A DNA stretch of 64,000 nt from a bacterium (GTDB taxonomy: Bacteria; JADJOY01): the NCBI GenBank assembly GCA_046331705.1, contig JAXLQJ010000016.1:62001-126000 (forward strand). The letters are read 5' to 3'. The notes under the pieces were generated by a model. That model worked only from the letters and a program-made list of their open reading frames with translations. It was not told where the DNA came from and did no database searches. The stretch's first letter is position 1, and every line of letters begins with the position of its first letter. The position numbers and the translations under genes are program-made. Of this stretch, positions 40,591 to 51,341 are shown one piece after another.

Positions 40591-42363
40591 TCAGGCGTTG
40601 CGGCCGGTGGCAGCGCGCGCGGGCAGCAGCACCCAGAAGCGGCTGCCGTGCGGGTCGACGGGGTCGACGCCGACGCGCCCGCCCATCGCATCCACGAGAT
40701 GCTTGACGATCGCGAGGCCGAGACCGGTGCCGCCCATCTCGCGCGATCGACCCGCATCCACGCGATAGAAGCGCTCGAAGACGCGTGTGCGCTGGTGCGG
40801 CGGGATCCCGGGCCCGTCGTCGCTGACCTCGATGCGCACGTGCTCGCCCTGCGCGCGCGCCGTCATGGTCACGTGGCCGCCGGCGGGCGTGTACTTGACG
40901 GCGTTGTCGAGGAGATTGCCGAGCACGTCCTCGAGCGCGTGCTCGTCCGCCCACGCCGTGAGCGAGTCCGGGCACGATTCGTCCCAGGCGAGCGTGATCT
41001 GCTTGGCGCGCGCGGCGTCGGCGAGCAGCGCGAGCGCCGCGCACGCGAGCTCGGCGACGTTCACCTCCTGCGGCGCCAGCGGATAGGCACCGGCCTCGAT
41101 CTTCGAGAGGTCGAGGAGGTCGTCGATGATCCGTCCCAGCCGAGCCGCGTTGCGCACCATCGCCTCCAGGAACTCGGGGGCGCGTTCGCGGTCGTCGAGG
41201 GCGCCGCCTGCGAGGGTCTCGGCGTTGGCGAGGATGGCGGCCACGGGCGTGCGCAGCTCGTGCGAGACGTTCGCGACGAAGTCGCTGCGGACCTTCTCCA
41301 GGCGCCGGATCTCGGTCACGTCGTGGAACACCACGACGCAGCCGCCGCCCGGTTGGCCCGCGATCCGGGCCAGGATCGTGCGCGGACGCTCGCCGCCGGC
41401 CTGGAACTCGACGGGCGCGGGCACGCCGCCGGCGCGCGCGGCGGTCACCGCGTCGTCGAGCGCCGGGACGCGCAGAAGCTCGATGAGCGGCCGGCCCGTC
41501 GGCACGCGCTCGCGTCCCGCCAGCTCGAGGGCGGCGCGGTTCATGAGCGTCACGAGCCCGTTGGCGTCGATCGCCAGCACCGCCTCGTTCATGCCTTCGA
41601 GCACGCCCTGGATGCGGTCGCGCTCGTCCGCCAGCGCGGCGACGGTGCGCTCGAGCTGCTCGGCCAGGCGATTGAGCGAGCCGCCGAGCCCGCCCAGCTC
41701 GTCGCGCGAGGTGATCGCGATGCGCGCGCCTTTCTCGCCGGCGGCGATCGCACCGGCGCTCGCCACCAGATCGCGCACCGTGCGCGTGGCCCAATGCGAA
41801 GCGAGCGCGCTCATGCCGACGGCGACCGCGAGCCCCGCAGCTCCCGCCACCAGCAGCAACCAGCGCAACCGCGTGACGACCGAGCTCACCTCGTGCAGCG
41901 GCAGCGCCACGCGCACGAACCCCGCGCCGTCGCCGAACGGCACGGCGAGGTAGAGCAGGTCGGTGTGGATCGTGGCGCTGTACCGCCGCGAGGCGCCCAG
42001 GCCGCGCGCGGTGGCGGCGCGCAGCTCGGGTCGGTTCGCGTGGTTCTCGACGGTGCGCACTTGCTCGGGCGCCAGGTCCGAGTCGCCGAGCACCGTTCCG
42101 TCGTGGGCGATCACCGTGACCCGCGCGCCGATCGCCGCGCCGAGCTTGTCGGCGAGGGGATCGAGGCCCTCGATGGTGATCGGGCTGTGCGAGGCATCGA
42201 TCGCCACGGCGGCCTGCGACGCCATCAAGTGGAGCTCGGTCTCGAGCCGACCCTCGAGCCACGAGCGCAGCTCGCGTTCCAGCACCAAGCCGCTGGCGAG
42301 GACCACCGCCACGATGAGCCCCACCGAGACAGCGAAGAGCTTGCCGCGGATGCCGAGCTTCAT
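40591..42363 (-). CDS. phoR: Phosphate regulon sensor histidine kinase (2 TM, HAMP, PAS)
   Basis: DFVANVSHELRTP, NLLDNAVKY, FERFYRVD..RSR..GGTGLGL; adjacent to phoB and pstB. Confidence 0.92.
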   Translation of the reverse strand: MKLGIRGKLFAVSVGLIVAVVLASGLVLERELRSWLEGRLETELHLMASQAAVAIDASHSPITIEGLDPLADKLGAAIGARVTVIAHDGTVLGDSDLAPEQVRTVENHANRPELRAATARGLGASRRYSATIHTDLLYLAVPFGDGAGFVRVALPLHEVSSVVTRLRWLLLVAGAAGLAVAVGMSALASHWATRTVRDLVASAGAIAAGEKGARIAITSRDELGGLGGSLNRLAEQLERTVAALADERDRIQGVLEGMNEAVLAIDANGLVTLMNRAALELAGRERVPTGRPLIELLRVPALDDAVTAARAGGVPAPVEFQAGGERPRTILARIAGQPGGGCVVVFHDVTEIRRLEKVRSDFVANVSHELRTPVAAILANAETLAGGALDDRERAPEFLEAMVRNAARLGRIIDDLLDLSKIEAGAYPLAPQEVNVAELACAALALLADAARAKQITLAWDESCPDSLTAWADEHALEDVLGNLLDNAVKYTPAGGHVTMTARAQGEHVRIEVSDDGPGIPPHQRTRVFERFYRVDAGRSREMGGTGLGLAIVKHLVDAMGGRVGVDPVDPHGSRFWVLLPARAATGRNA

Positions 42364-42505
42364 GGCGAACCGGAGAAAGGACGGGGATGGCGCTGGCGAG
42401 CGCGGGCATCGTGGCCGCGCGACCGCGGCTTCGCGCTCGAACCGACCACGGCGATGGGCAGCGCGCCGGGCCCGCGGCGCGAGACGACGGATCGAGGCAC
42501 CGCGC

Positions 42506-43225
42506 CTACCCGCCCACCTCGGCGCGGAAGCGATAGCCGACGCCGCGCAGGGTCTCGATGTAGTCGCCGGCGGCGCCGAGCTTCTCGCGCAAGCGCTTGA
42601 TGTGGGTGTCCACGGTCCGCGTGGTGACGTCCGCCTGGATACCCCACACGTCGTCGAGCAGCCGATCGCGGGTCTGCACGCGTCCCTTGCGATTGAGCAA
42701 CGTCACCAGCAAGCGGAACTCGAGCGCGGTGAGCGTGACCTCCTCGTCGCCCACCCAAGCGCGGTGGCCGGGGACGTCGATGCGCAGCGCGCCGAAGCGC
42801 AGCTCCTCGTCCTCCTCCTCGTCGCCCTCGAGATCGTTGGGGCTCGCCCGGCGCAGCACGGCGCGCACCCGCAGCATCAGCTCGCGCACGCTGAACGGCT
42901 TCGCGACGTAGTCGTCGGCGCCCACCTCGAAGCCGACCACGCGGTCGATCTCGTCGGTCTTGGCGGTGAGCATGATCACCGGCACGCGCCGGGTGCGGGC
43001 GTCCTGGCGGATCTTGCGGCAGATCTCCGTGCCCGCCATGTCGGGCAGCATGAGATCGAGCAGCACCAGGTCGGGCGCGGGGTCGCGGGCCAGGAGCTCG
43101 AGAGCGGCCTTGCCGTTGCGCGCGCTCTTGGTCTCGAAGCCCTCGCGCTCCAGCGTGTACTCGAGGGTGCGGACGAGGTCGGGCTCGTCGTCGACGATGA
43201 GGATCCAGCGAGAGAGTGTGGACAT
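42506..43225 (-). CDS. phoB: Phosphate regulon response regulator (OmpR family)
   Basis: ILIVDDE, LLDLMLP, GADDYVAKPFS, EFRLL, TRTVDTHIKRLREKLG, TLRGVGY. Confidence 0.92.
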   Translation of the reverse strand: MSTLSRWILIVDDEPDLVRTLEYTLEREGFETKSARNGKAALELLARDPAPDLVLLDLMLPDMAGTEICRKIRQDARTRRVPVIMLTAKTDEIDRVVGFEVGADDYVAKPFSVRELMLRVRAVLRRASPNDLEGDEEEDEELRFGALRIDVPGHRAWVGDEEVTLTALEFRLLVTLLNRKGRVQTRDRLLDDVWGIQADVTTRTVDTHIKRLREKLGAAGDYIETLRGVGYRFRAEVGG

Positions 43226-43262
43226 GGCACGACCGAATCTGGTTCGAGCTCGTGTCTACCAT

Positions 43263-43280
43263 GTGACGCCCGTGTGACGG
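43263..43280 (-). promoter_or_regulatory. Pho box upstream of phoB (autoregulation)
   Basis: Minus strand reads CCGTCAC-ACGG-GCGTCAC. Confidence 0.72.
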
Positions 43281-43441
43281 AGCGGGAGATTCGCCGTGGC
43301 GGCGGGCGAGGAGCCCGGCGCGGTGCGCAGCGCAACGCGCAACAGGCTCCTCGCGCGCGGCGCACGCCTGCGCTCGTTCGAGCGCCCGATGCATCACGCT
43401 CAGCGCTGCCGCCGAGGAGGTGACCTGCTGGCAGGCGCGCG

Positions 43442-44329
43442 TCACGGATCGCGCGCGCAGCGCTGCGCCCATTGGATCGCCCGCACTGGAAGGTAGCTCG
43501 AGCCAGCGCCTGGCCGAGCGCTGCCCGGCTGCGCGGGCGACACGGTGGGAATGTCGTTCCAAGAGCCACCTCGTAGGATCTTGAATGTTCCAGTCGCCGG
43601 ACCCGTTGGGTTCACGAACGGGGCAGTCGCGTAGGTGTTCGCACCGTACCAGTCGGCGACCCATTCCCGCACGTTGCCGGCCATGTCGAACGCACCGAAC
43701 GGCGATACGCCAGTGGGCTTCGAGGCTACCGGGGCGGTGTGCGCGACGCCGCAGCCGGTACCGCCTGCTGCGGGGTCGTACATCACCGAGTAGCTGCACG
43801 TCGCTATCGCCTCGCCCCACGGATAGGTGCGAGCATCCGTCCCACGTGCCGCCTTCTCCCACTCGGCCTCGGTGGGAAGGCGCTTGCCGGCCCACGCGCA
43901 GTAGGCTCGTGCGTGATCCCAGTCCAAACAGTTGGCCGGCTGGGTCGTGCGGCCGCCGGGGCCCCACCAAGTGCACTCGCGCGAGGGGGCCCAATCCGGT
44001 GGCTCAGGGCAGCCGGAGTTGGCCCAGCAGTCGTAGTACGCGCCGTTCGTGACTTCGGTGCGGTCGATCCAGAACGCATCGAGCTCGACGGCATGAACGG
44101 GCTTCTCCTCGTCTTCCCCGTCGTTCGATCCCATCGTGAACGTGCCTGCGGGTACCAGGACCATGTCGTCGCATGCGTCGGCGGGCGCGTGCGCGGACCA
44201 ACGGCAGGTGTTCCCAGGTGCGAAATCGTCCCCGAAGATCGGAGTCGCCGCTCGTGCGGGGGCGACTGAGCCGAGCGCTGCCGTGCTCACGATGGTCGCG
44301 GTGAGCGACCATGCCAGGGGCTTCAGCAT
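43442..44329 (-). CDS. Secreted formylglycine-generating-enzyme (SUMF1/FGE-sulfatase) family protein
   Basis: Signal peptide; VPAGTFTMGS, E.P.H.V, EVTN..Y, RLPTEAEWEKAARG, DMAGNVREW, RGGSW. Confidence 0.9.
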   Translation of the reverse strand: MLKPLAWSLTATIVSTAALGSVAPARAATPIFGDDFAPGNTCRWSAHAPADACDDMVLVPAGTFTMGSNDGEDEEKPVHAVELDAFWIDRTEVTNGAYYDCWANSGCPEPPDWAPSRECTWWGPGGRTTQPANCLDWDHARAYCAWAGKRLPTEAEWEKAARGTDARTYPWGEAIATCSYSVMYDPAAGGTGCGVAHTAPVASKPTGVSPFGAFDMAGNVREWVADWYGANTYATAPFVNPTGPATGTFKILRGGSWNDIPTVSPAQPGSARPGAGSSYLPVRAIQWAQRCARDP

Positions 44330-44405
44330 TCGCGCACGCCTCCGGGGAGGTCCGTCGCCTGCGCGGCCGAGCCGATGCGAGCGGCGCGACGCGCGCGGCC
44401 GAGAC

Positions 44406-45290
44406 TCACGCCGCGGGTCGCACCACCCGCGTGACCGCGCTGTCGAGCGAGACCTCGGCCACCGAGCCGGGCGGGAAGTCGTAGCGGAACTCGGCCAGGC
44501 TGTCGCAGATCACGACGCCATGGGTGTCGTTGTTGGAGGCGATGCGCACCACCGCGTCCTCGTTCACCACCGCGTCGGTGATCTGGTTGTGGCGCGCATG
44601 GATGGAGGGCTCGCGGGCCAGCACTCGCAGCGATCGCTCGGTGCGCGGGAAGGGCTTCCCGCCCAGGTAGCGCGCGGCGCTCGCGTACCAGCCGGTGGAT
44701 CCGGCGCCGTTCACCACCAGCGTTCCCGAGCCGCGGTGGGTGGTCTCCCGATCCCCGAGCGTCAGCAGGTTGTAGCTCGCGAACGCGGATTCGCGCTCGC
44801 CGTAGAAGCATTCGGTGATCGCGGGCTCGATGGGCCGGCCGTCGAGGATGGTGCGGATGCGCGGCCATTCCTCGATCTCGATGGCGTCGCGTTCGAGCGC
44901 CCGGATCAGCCCGTCGAGGTCGGCGCTCGAGAAGCCGAGCAGCACGCCCTCGCTGCCCATGGGGTCCGAGTTGAGCCCGAGCAGCGGCGCCTCGGCGTAG
45001 TGGGCGACGTACGTGAAGTGATTGTCGCCACCGAGGGCGATCACCAGGTCGGCGCCGCGGGTGGCCTCGCGCGAGAGCTGGTTGCGGTGCACGATCGCCG
45101 CGCGCGGAAAGAGCCGCGCCACTTGCTCGAGACAGGCCTTCTGGCGCTCGTGGCTCGCGAGGATGCTGGCGGCGTCGAGATTGCGCGCCCGATAGAGCGC
45201 GAGCATCTCGGCTTGGGTGCGGTTGTAGCGATGGGTGTCGTATTCCAAGCCCGTCAGCTTGGGCACCAGCACGACCTGGTCGAGCTTCAT
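44406..45290 (-). CDS. Atypical NAD(H) kinase (NADK2/NADK3-like)
   Basis: ADLVIALGGDN, LLGLNSDP..SEG.L, GSG..V..GAGSTGW; start overlaps the upstream stop (ATGA). Confidence 0.78.
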   Translation of the reverse strand: MKLDQVVLVPKLTGLEYDTHRYNRTQAEMLALYRARNLDAASILASHERQKACLEQVARLFPRAAIVHRNQLSREATRGADLVIALGGDNHFTYVAHYAEAPLLGLNSDPMGSEGVLLGFSSADLDGLIRALERDAIEIEEWPRIRTILDGRPIEPAITECFYGERESAFASYNLLTLGDRETTHRGSGTLVVNGAGSTGWYASAARYLGGKPFPRTERSLRVLAREPSIHARHNQITDAVVNEDAVVRIASNNDTHGVVICDSLAEFRYDFPPGSVAEVSLDSAVTRVVRPAA

Positions 45291-47074
45291 TCGTGGCTCA
45301 CCGGCTCGTCCGCGTCGGTGGGTGCGCTCGGTTGCGGCGCCGCGCCCGCGGCTCCGCCGGCCCCCGCACCAGTCGCGGGTGCCGTGGCGGGCGCCGCCGC
45401 GGGAGCCACGACCACCGGGCTGGGCCCGAGCGCCGTCAGCTCGGCCTCGAGCTCCGGCAGGCGATCGGGATCGATCTTGCGCGCCGTCGCGATGCGCTCG
45501 CGCAAGAACGCGCGCACCGTCTCGCGGTGGCGAGGCTCGAACTCGGCGAGGATCTCGGCGATCGGCCGGGTGGGCTGGCCGTAGGTGCCGACGGTGTTGG
45601 CGCCTTCCTGGCCGCCCTGGAAGAGGCGCTTCGCCGCGTTCGCCACGCCCGAGCCGAACGCGGCGATCCCCATGCCCAGGCTCGAGAAGAAATCGCCGCC
45701 CCCTTGCGCGCTCTCGCCCTGCGCTTCGTTCGAGCCCGTCGCGCCGGACGTCACCGCGGCTCCGGCGTCCGCGGCGCCCTGACCGAGCTTGAGCACGCTC
45801 TCGAGACCGGCGATGGCGAGCTGGCCGGCGACGTCGAGGCTCACGTTGCCGAGCTTGAGGAGGTGGCCGAGGGGAAGCTGGAATGCGGACACCAACGCGC
45901 TGTTCTTGTCGATCGTCGGCCGGAAGAGATCGCCCGTGAAGGGTGCTTTCATCTCGGTGCCGGACTCGGCGACGGTGACGCTCACCACGCCCTGCTGGAT
46001 CTGGGCATTGGTCGCGTGGACGTCGAGGATCGCGTGGATCCAGTTCCCGCCCAGCGCCGCGCCGCCGACACCGGCGGTGTACGGATCGATGGTCCGGACG
46101 TCGAATCCGGTGATCGCCGCCATCATCCAGAGCGTGGGCTTGGCGCGCCACGGTTCGGCCCACGCGCGCACGTGCAGCCAGCCCGCTTGCGACGGCTGGG
46201 CGATGCGGCCATCCACGCGCACGTCCGTGAGCGGGTCGCCCACGGGGTCGCCCTGGTACTGGAAGTCGCGCACGTCGATGGCCAGCTCGCGAACTTCCAC
46301 GTGCACCGGGTTGCTCGCGTCCGAGAGCGGGTCGTCGTAGATCAGGGTGCCGCCGCCGACCTCGGCGTGACGCAGGTAGAAGAGCGCCGGCCCGCCGCTC
46401 GGCGGCGCGGGGGCGACGCTGGGCCCGCCACCCTGGGTGCCCGCGCTGGTCGAGCCGTGGCCGTCCGGGAACGTCGCCGGTGGCAGCGGCGGGTACTTCG
46501 CCGCGTTGGGCTTGGTCATCCCGAGCACCGCTTGGGCGTTGGTCCAGCCGGGTTCGAGCAGCCGCACGCGGATCACCGGCTCCTCGATGCGCAGCTCGTT
46601 CACGGGGTAGGGCGCGTGGATCACCCGCGAGAGCTCGACCTCGGCCTCCACCCGTTTCGCGGCGATCACGGGCCCCTTGTCGCTGCCGCCGGGCCTCAGG
46701 ATCTCGATGCCGTCGATCGTCGCGCGGCCGGCGAGCGGCGCGACCGCGAGGTGCGTGGCGGTGATGGGGGCCTTGACCTGGGGGATCTCGAGCCGGATCC
46801 CGCTCGCCTCGAGGGCCAGCGGCGCCAGGCTCAGGTGGATCGAGTCCACCGCGAGGGTGCCGCCGATGAGCGGGCCGATGCGCGGGAGCACTTGGTGCGT
46901 CAGCAGCGAATCGCGGGCGAGGAGCACGCCCGCCAGCGCGGCGAGGAGCACCAGGAAAAGGGCGAGCAGCGATCGCCCCACGAGCCGCGGGATGCGGCGC
47001 GGACGGCGCGCGTCGGGCTTCCCGACGGGCGCCGCGGCTGGCGCGGATGGCGGCGTGCCCGACGGATCGCTCAT
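45287..47074 (-). CDS. DUF748/AsmA-like membrane-anchored protein
   Basis: Single N-terminal TM followed by beta-rich repeats (LRIEEPVIRV, EVGGGTLIYDD), an amphipathic helical C-terminus and a Pro/Ala tail. Confidence 0.6.
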   Translation of the reverse strand: MSDPSGTPPSAPAAAPVGKPDARRPRRIPRLVGRSLLALFLVLLAALAGVLLARDSLLTHQVLPRIGPLIGGTLAVDSIHLSLAPLALEASGIRLEIPQVKAPITATHLAVAPLAGRATIDGIEILRPGGSDKGPVIAAKRVEAEVELSRVIHAPYPVNELRIEEPVIRVRLLEPGWTNAQAVLGMTKPNAAKYPPLPPATFPDGHGSTSAGTQGGGPSVAPAPPSGGPALFYLRHAEVGGGTLIYDDPLSDASNPVHVEVRELAIDVRDFQYQGDPVGDPLTDVRVDGRIAQPSQAGWLHVRAWAEPWRAKPTLWMMAAITGFDVRTIDPYTAGVGGAALGGNWIHAILDVHATNAQIQQGVVSVTVAESGTEMKAPFTGDLFRPTIDKNSALVSAFQLPLGHLLKLGNVSLDVAGQLAIAGLESVLKLGQGAADAGAAVTSGATGSNEAQGESAQGGGDFFSSLGMGIAAFGSGVANAAKRLFQGGQEGANTVGTYGQPTRPIAEILAEFEPRHRETVRAFLRERIATARKIDPDRLPELEAELTALGPSPVVVAPAAAPATAPATGAGAGGAAGAAPQPSAPTDADEPVSHE

Positions 47075-47130
47075 GCCGGAAAACGTCGCGGGACCGCGCG
47101 AGAAAATTCCTGCCGTGGGGCGCGGACGCG

Positions 47131-47156
47131 GCGCATACGACTCTTATAATATGCGC
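47131..47156 (+). promoter_or_regulatory. -10 TATAAT inside an inverted repeat, between acnA and the divergent DUF748/NADK operon
   Basis: GCGCATA-cgactcttataa-TATGCGC; TATAAT at 47145-47150. Confidence 0.55.
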
Positions 47157-47245
47157 CCTTCCGGCTGCCTTGGATGCCGTCCGAGGTCGTTGTCGAGCGC
47201 CCGGCCCGGATCGGCTCACTCGCATACGCTCAGGAGACTGCTCCG

Positions 47246-49972
<2,727 letters not shown>

Positions 49973-50003
49973 GCAGCGGCGCGGACTCGAGGCAGGACCC
50001 GCG

Positions 50004-51326
50004 GTGAAGCAGGCGCACGGAACGGTGCTCTCGGTGCGGCGCGTGGCGCGCGGGCTCGCCGCGGCGTTCGTCGCATTGCTGGCGCCGGTTGCGAGCGAGG
50101 TCGCCTGCGCCGGCGATTTCAACTACGCCGACGTCTTCCCCGGTGATCGCGCCGCGAGCATGGGCGGCGCCTACACGGCGATCTCCAACGACGCCAGCGG
50201 CACCTACTACAACCCCGCGGGACTGGTGCACGCGCCCCACGCGAGTGTCTCGGTGTCCGCCAACGCGTTCGCGTGGCGAAGTCAGACTTACCGTTCGGCC
50301 TTCTTCGGCGAGGACGTCGACTTCGAGAGCAGCACGTTCTTTCCCTCCGCCGTCGCGTCGGCGCTCAAGCCCACGAGCATGCCGGGGCTGGCCCTCGGCT
50401 TCTCGGTCATCGTCCCGCACGCGTCGACGTCGAGCAGCAAGCAACTCTTCCATCCCCAGCTCTACGAGGGCATCGACACCCACATCGGCTCCGACTTCGA
50501 GGTCGCGCTCACGACCTACGAGCTGGGACCGAGCGTGGCGTACGAGCTCACGCCGTCGCTCTCGGTGGGCGCGACGCTCTACGCGGTCTACGCGACGAGC
50601 TCCACGCGCATCGGCTTCACCACCCAGCAGGCGCTGGTCGGGCCGGAGGGCGTACCGCTGGTCACCGATTTCCGCTTCCAGAGCGTCGAGGACTCGAGCC
50701 TCGGCTTCGTGAGCGTGCTGGGGGCGCTGTGGTCGCCCGTCGCGAGCGTGGACCTGGCGCTCGCGATCCGTCCGCCCGGCTACCAGAGCCACGACGTCAC
50801 CTCGCGGATCACCGTGCTGGCGCTGAGCAACGACGGTGTGCTGGTGCCGAACCCCGGCCTCGGCGAGGCGCGCGACTCGTCCTTCGACGAAGGTCAGCCG
50901 GCGAGCTTCACGCCCGCGATCGCCTGGCGGCCGTGGGACCGGCTCACGCTCGCCGCCGAGGCGTCGCTCTTCCTGCGTCGCAGCTTCGACGTCGCGGGAG
51001 TCTCGGTGGCCCGCGAGCTGACCTGGAACGCGAACGTCGGCGCCGAGTACCGCCTCGCCGACGAGGTGCCGGTGCGGCTCGGGTTCTTCACGAACCGCAC
51101 CTCGTCGCCCGCACCCAAGCCGGGCGACACCCGCTACCTGGACCACGTCTCCGACTACGGCTTCACGGTGGGGACGGCGTACGTGGTGTCGTACGCGGAG
51201 CTGTCCGTGGGGCTCAGGATGTCGTGGGGCGAGGGAAAGAGCGTGTCGCTCACGGATGTATCCCAGGTGAGCGACGTGGATGCGAACGAGACGGTGCTCT
51301 TCATCGGCTCGGGCTACCAGTTCTGA
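50004..51326 (+). CDS. OmpP1/FadL/PorV-like outer-membrane beta-barrel, paralog 1
   Basis: Signal peptide; GDRAASMGGAYTA...DASGTYYNPAGL; C-terminal YQF. Confidence 0.82.
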   Translation: MKQAHGTVLSVRRVARGLAAAFVALLAPVASEVACAGDFNYADVFPGDRAASMGGAYTAISNDASGTYYNPAGLVHAPHASVSVSANAFAWRSQTYRSAFFGEDVDFESSTFFPSAVASALKPTSMPGLALGFSVIVPHASTSSSKQLFHPQLYEGIDTHIGSDFEVALTTYELGPSVAYELTPSLSVGATLYAVYATSSTRIGFTTQQALVGPEGVPLVTDFRFQSVEDSSLGFVSVLGALWSPVASVDLALAIRPPGYQSHDVTSRITVLALSNDGVLVPNPGLGEARDSSFDEGQPASFTPAIAWRPWDRLTLAAEASLFLRRSFDVAGVSVARELTWNANVGAEYRLADEVPVRLGFFTNRTSSPAPKPGDTRYLDHVSDYGFTVGTAYVVSYAELSVGLRMSWGEGKSVSLTDVSQVSDVDANETVLFIGSGYQF

Positions 51327-51341
51327 CGAGCGGAGGGCGGG

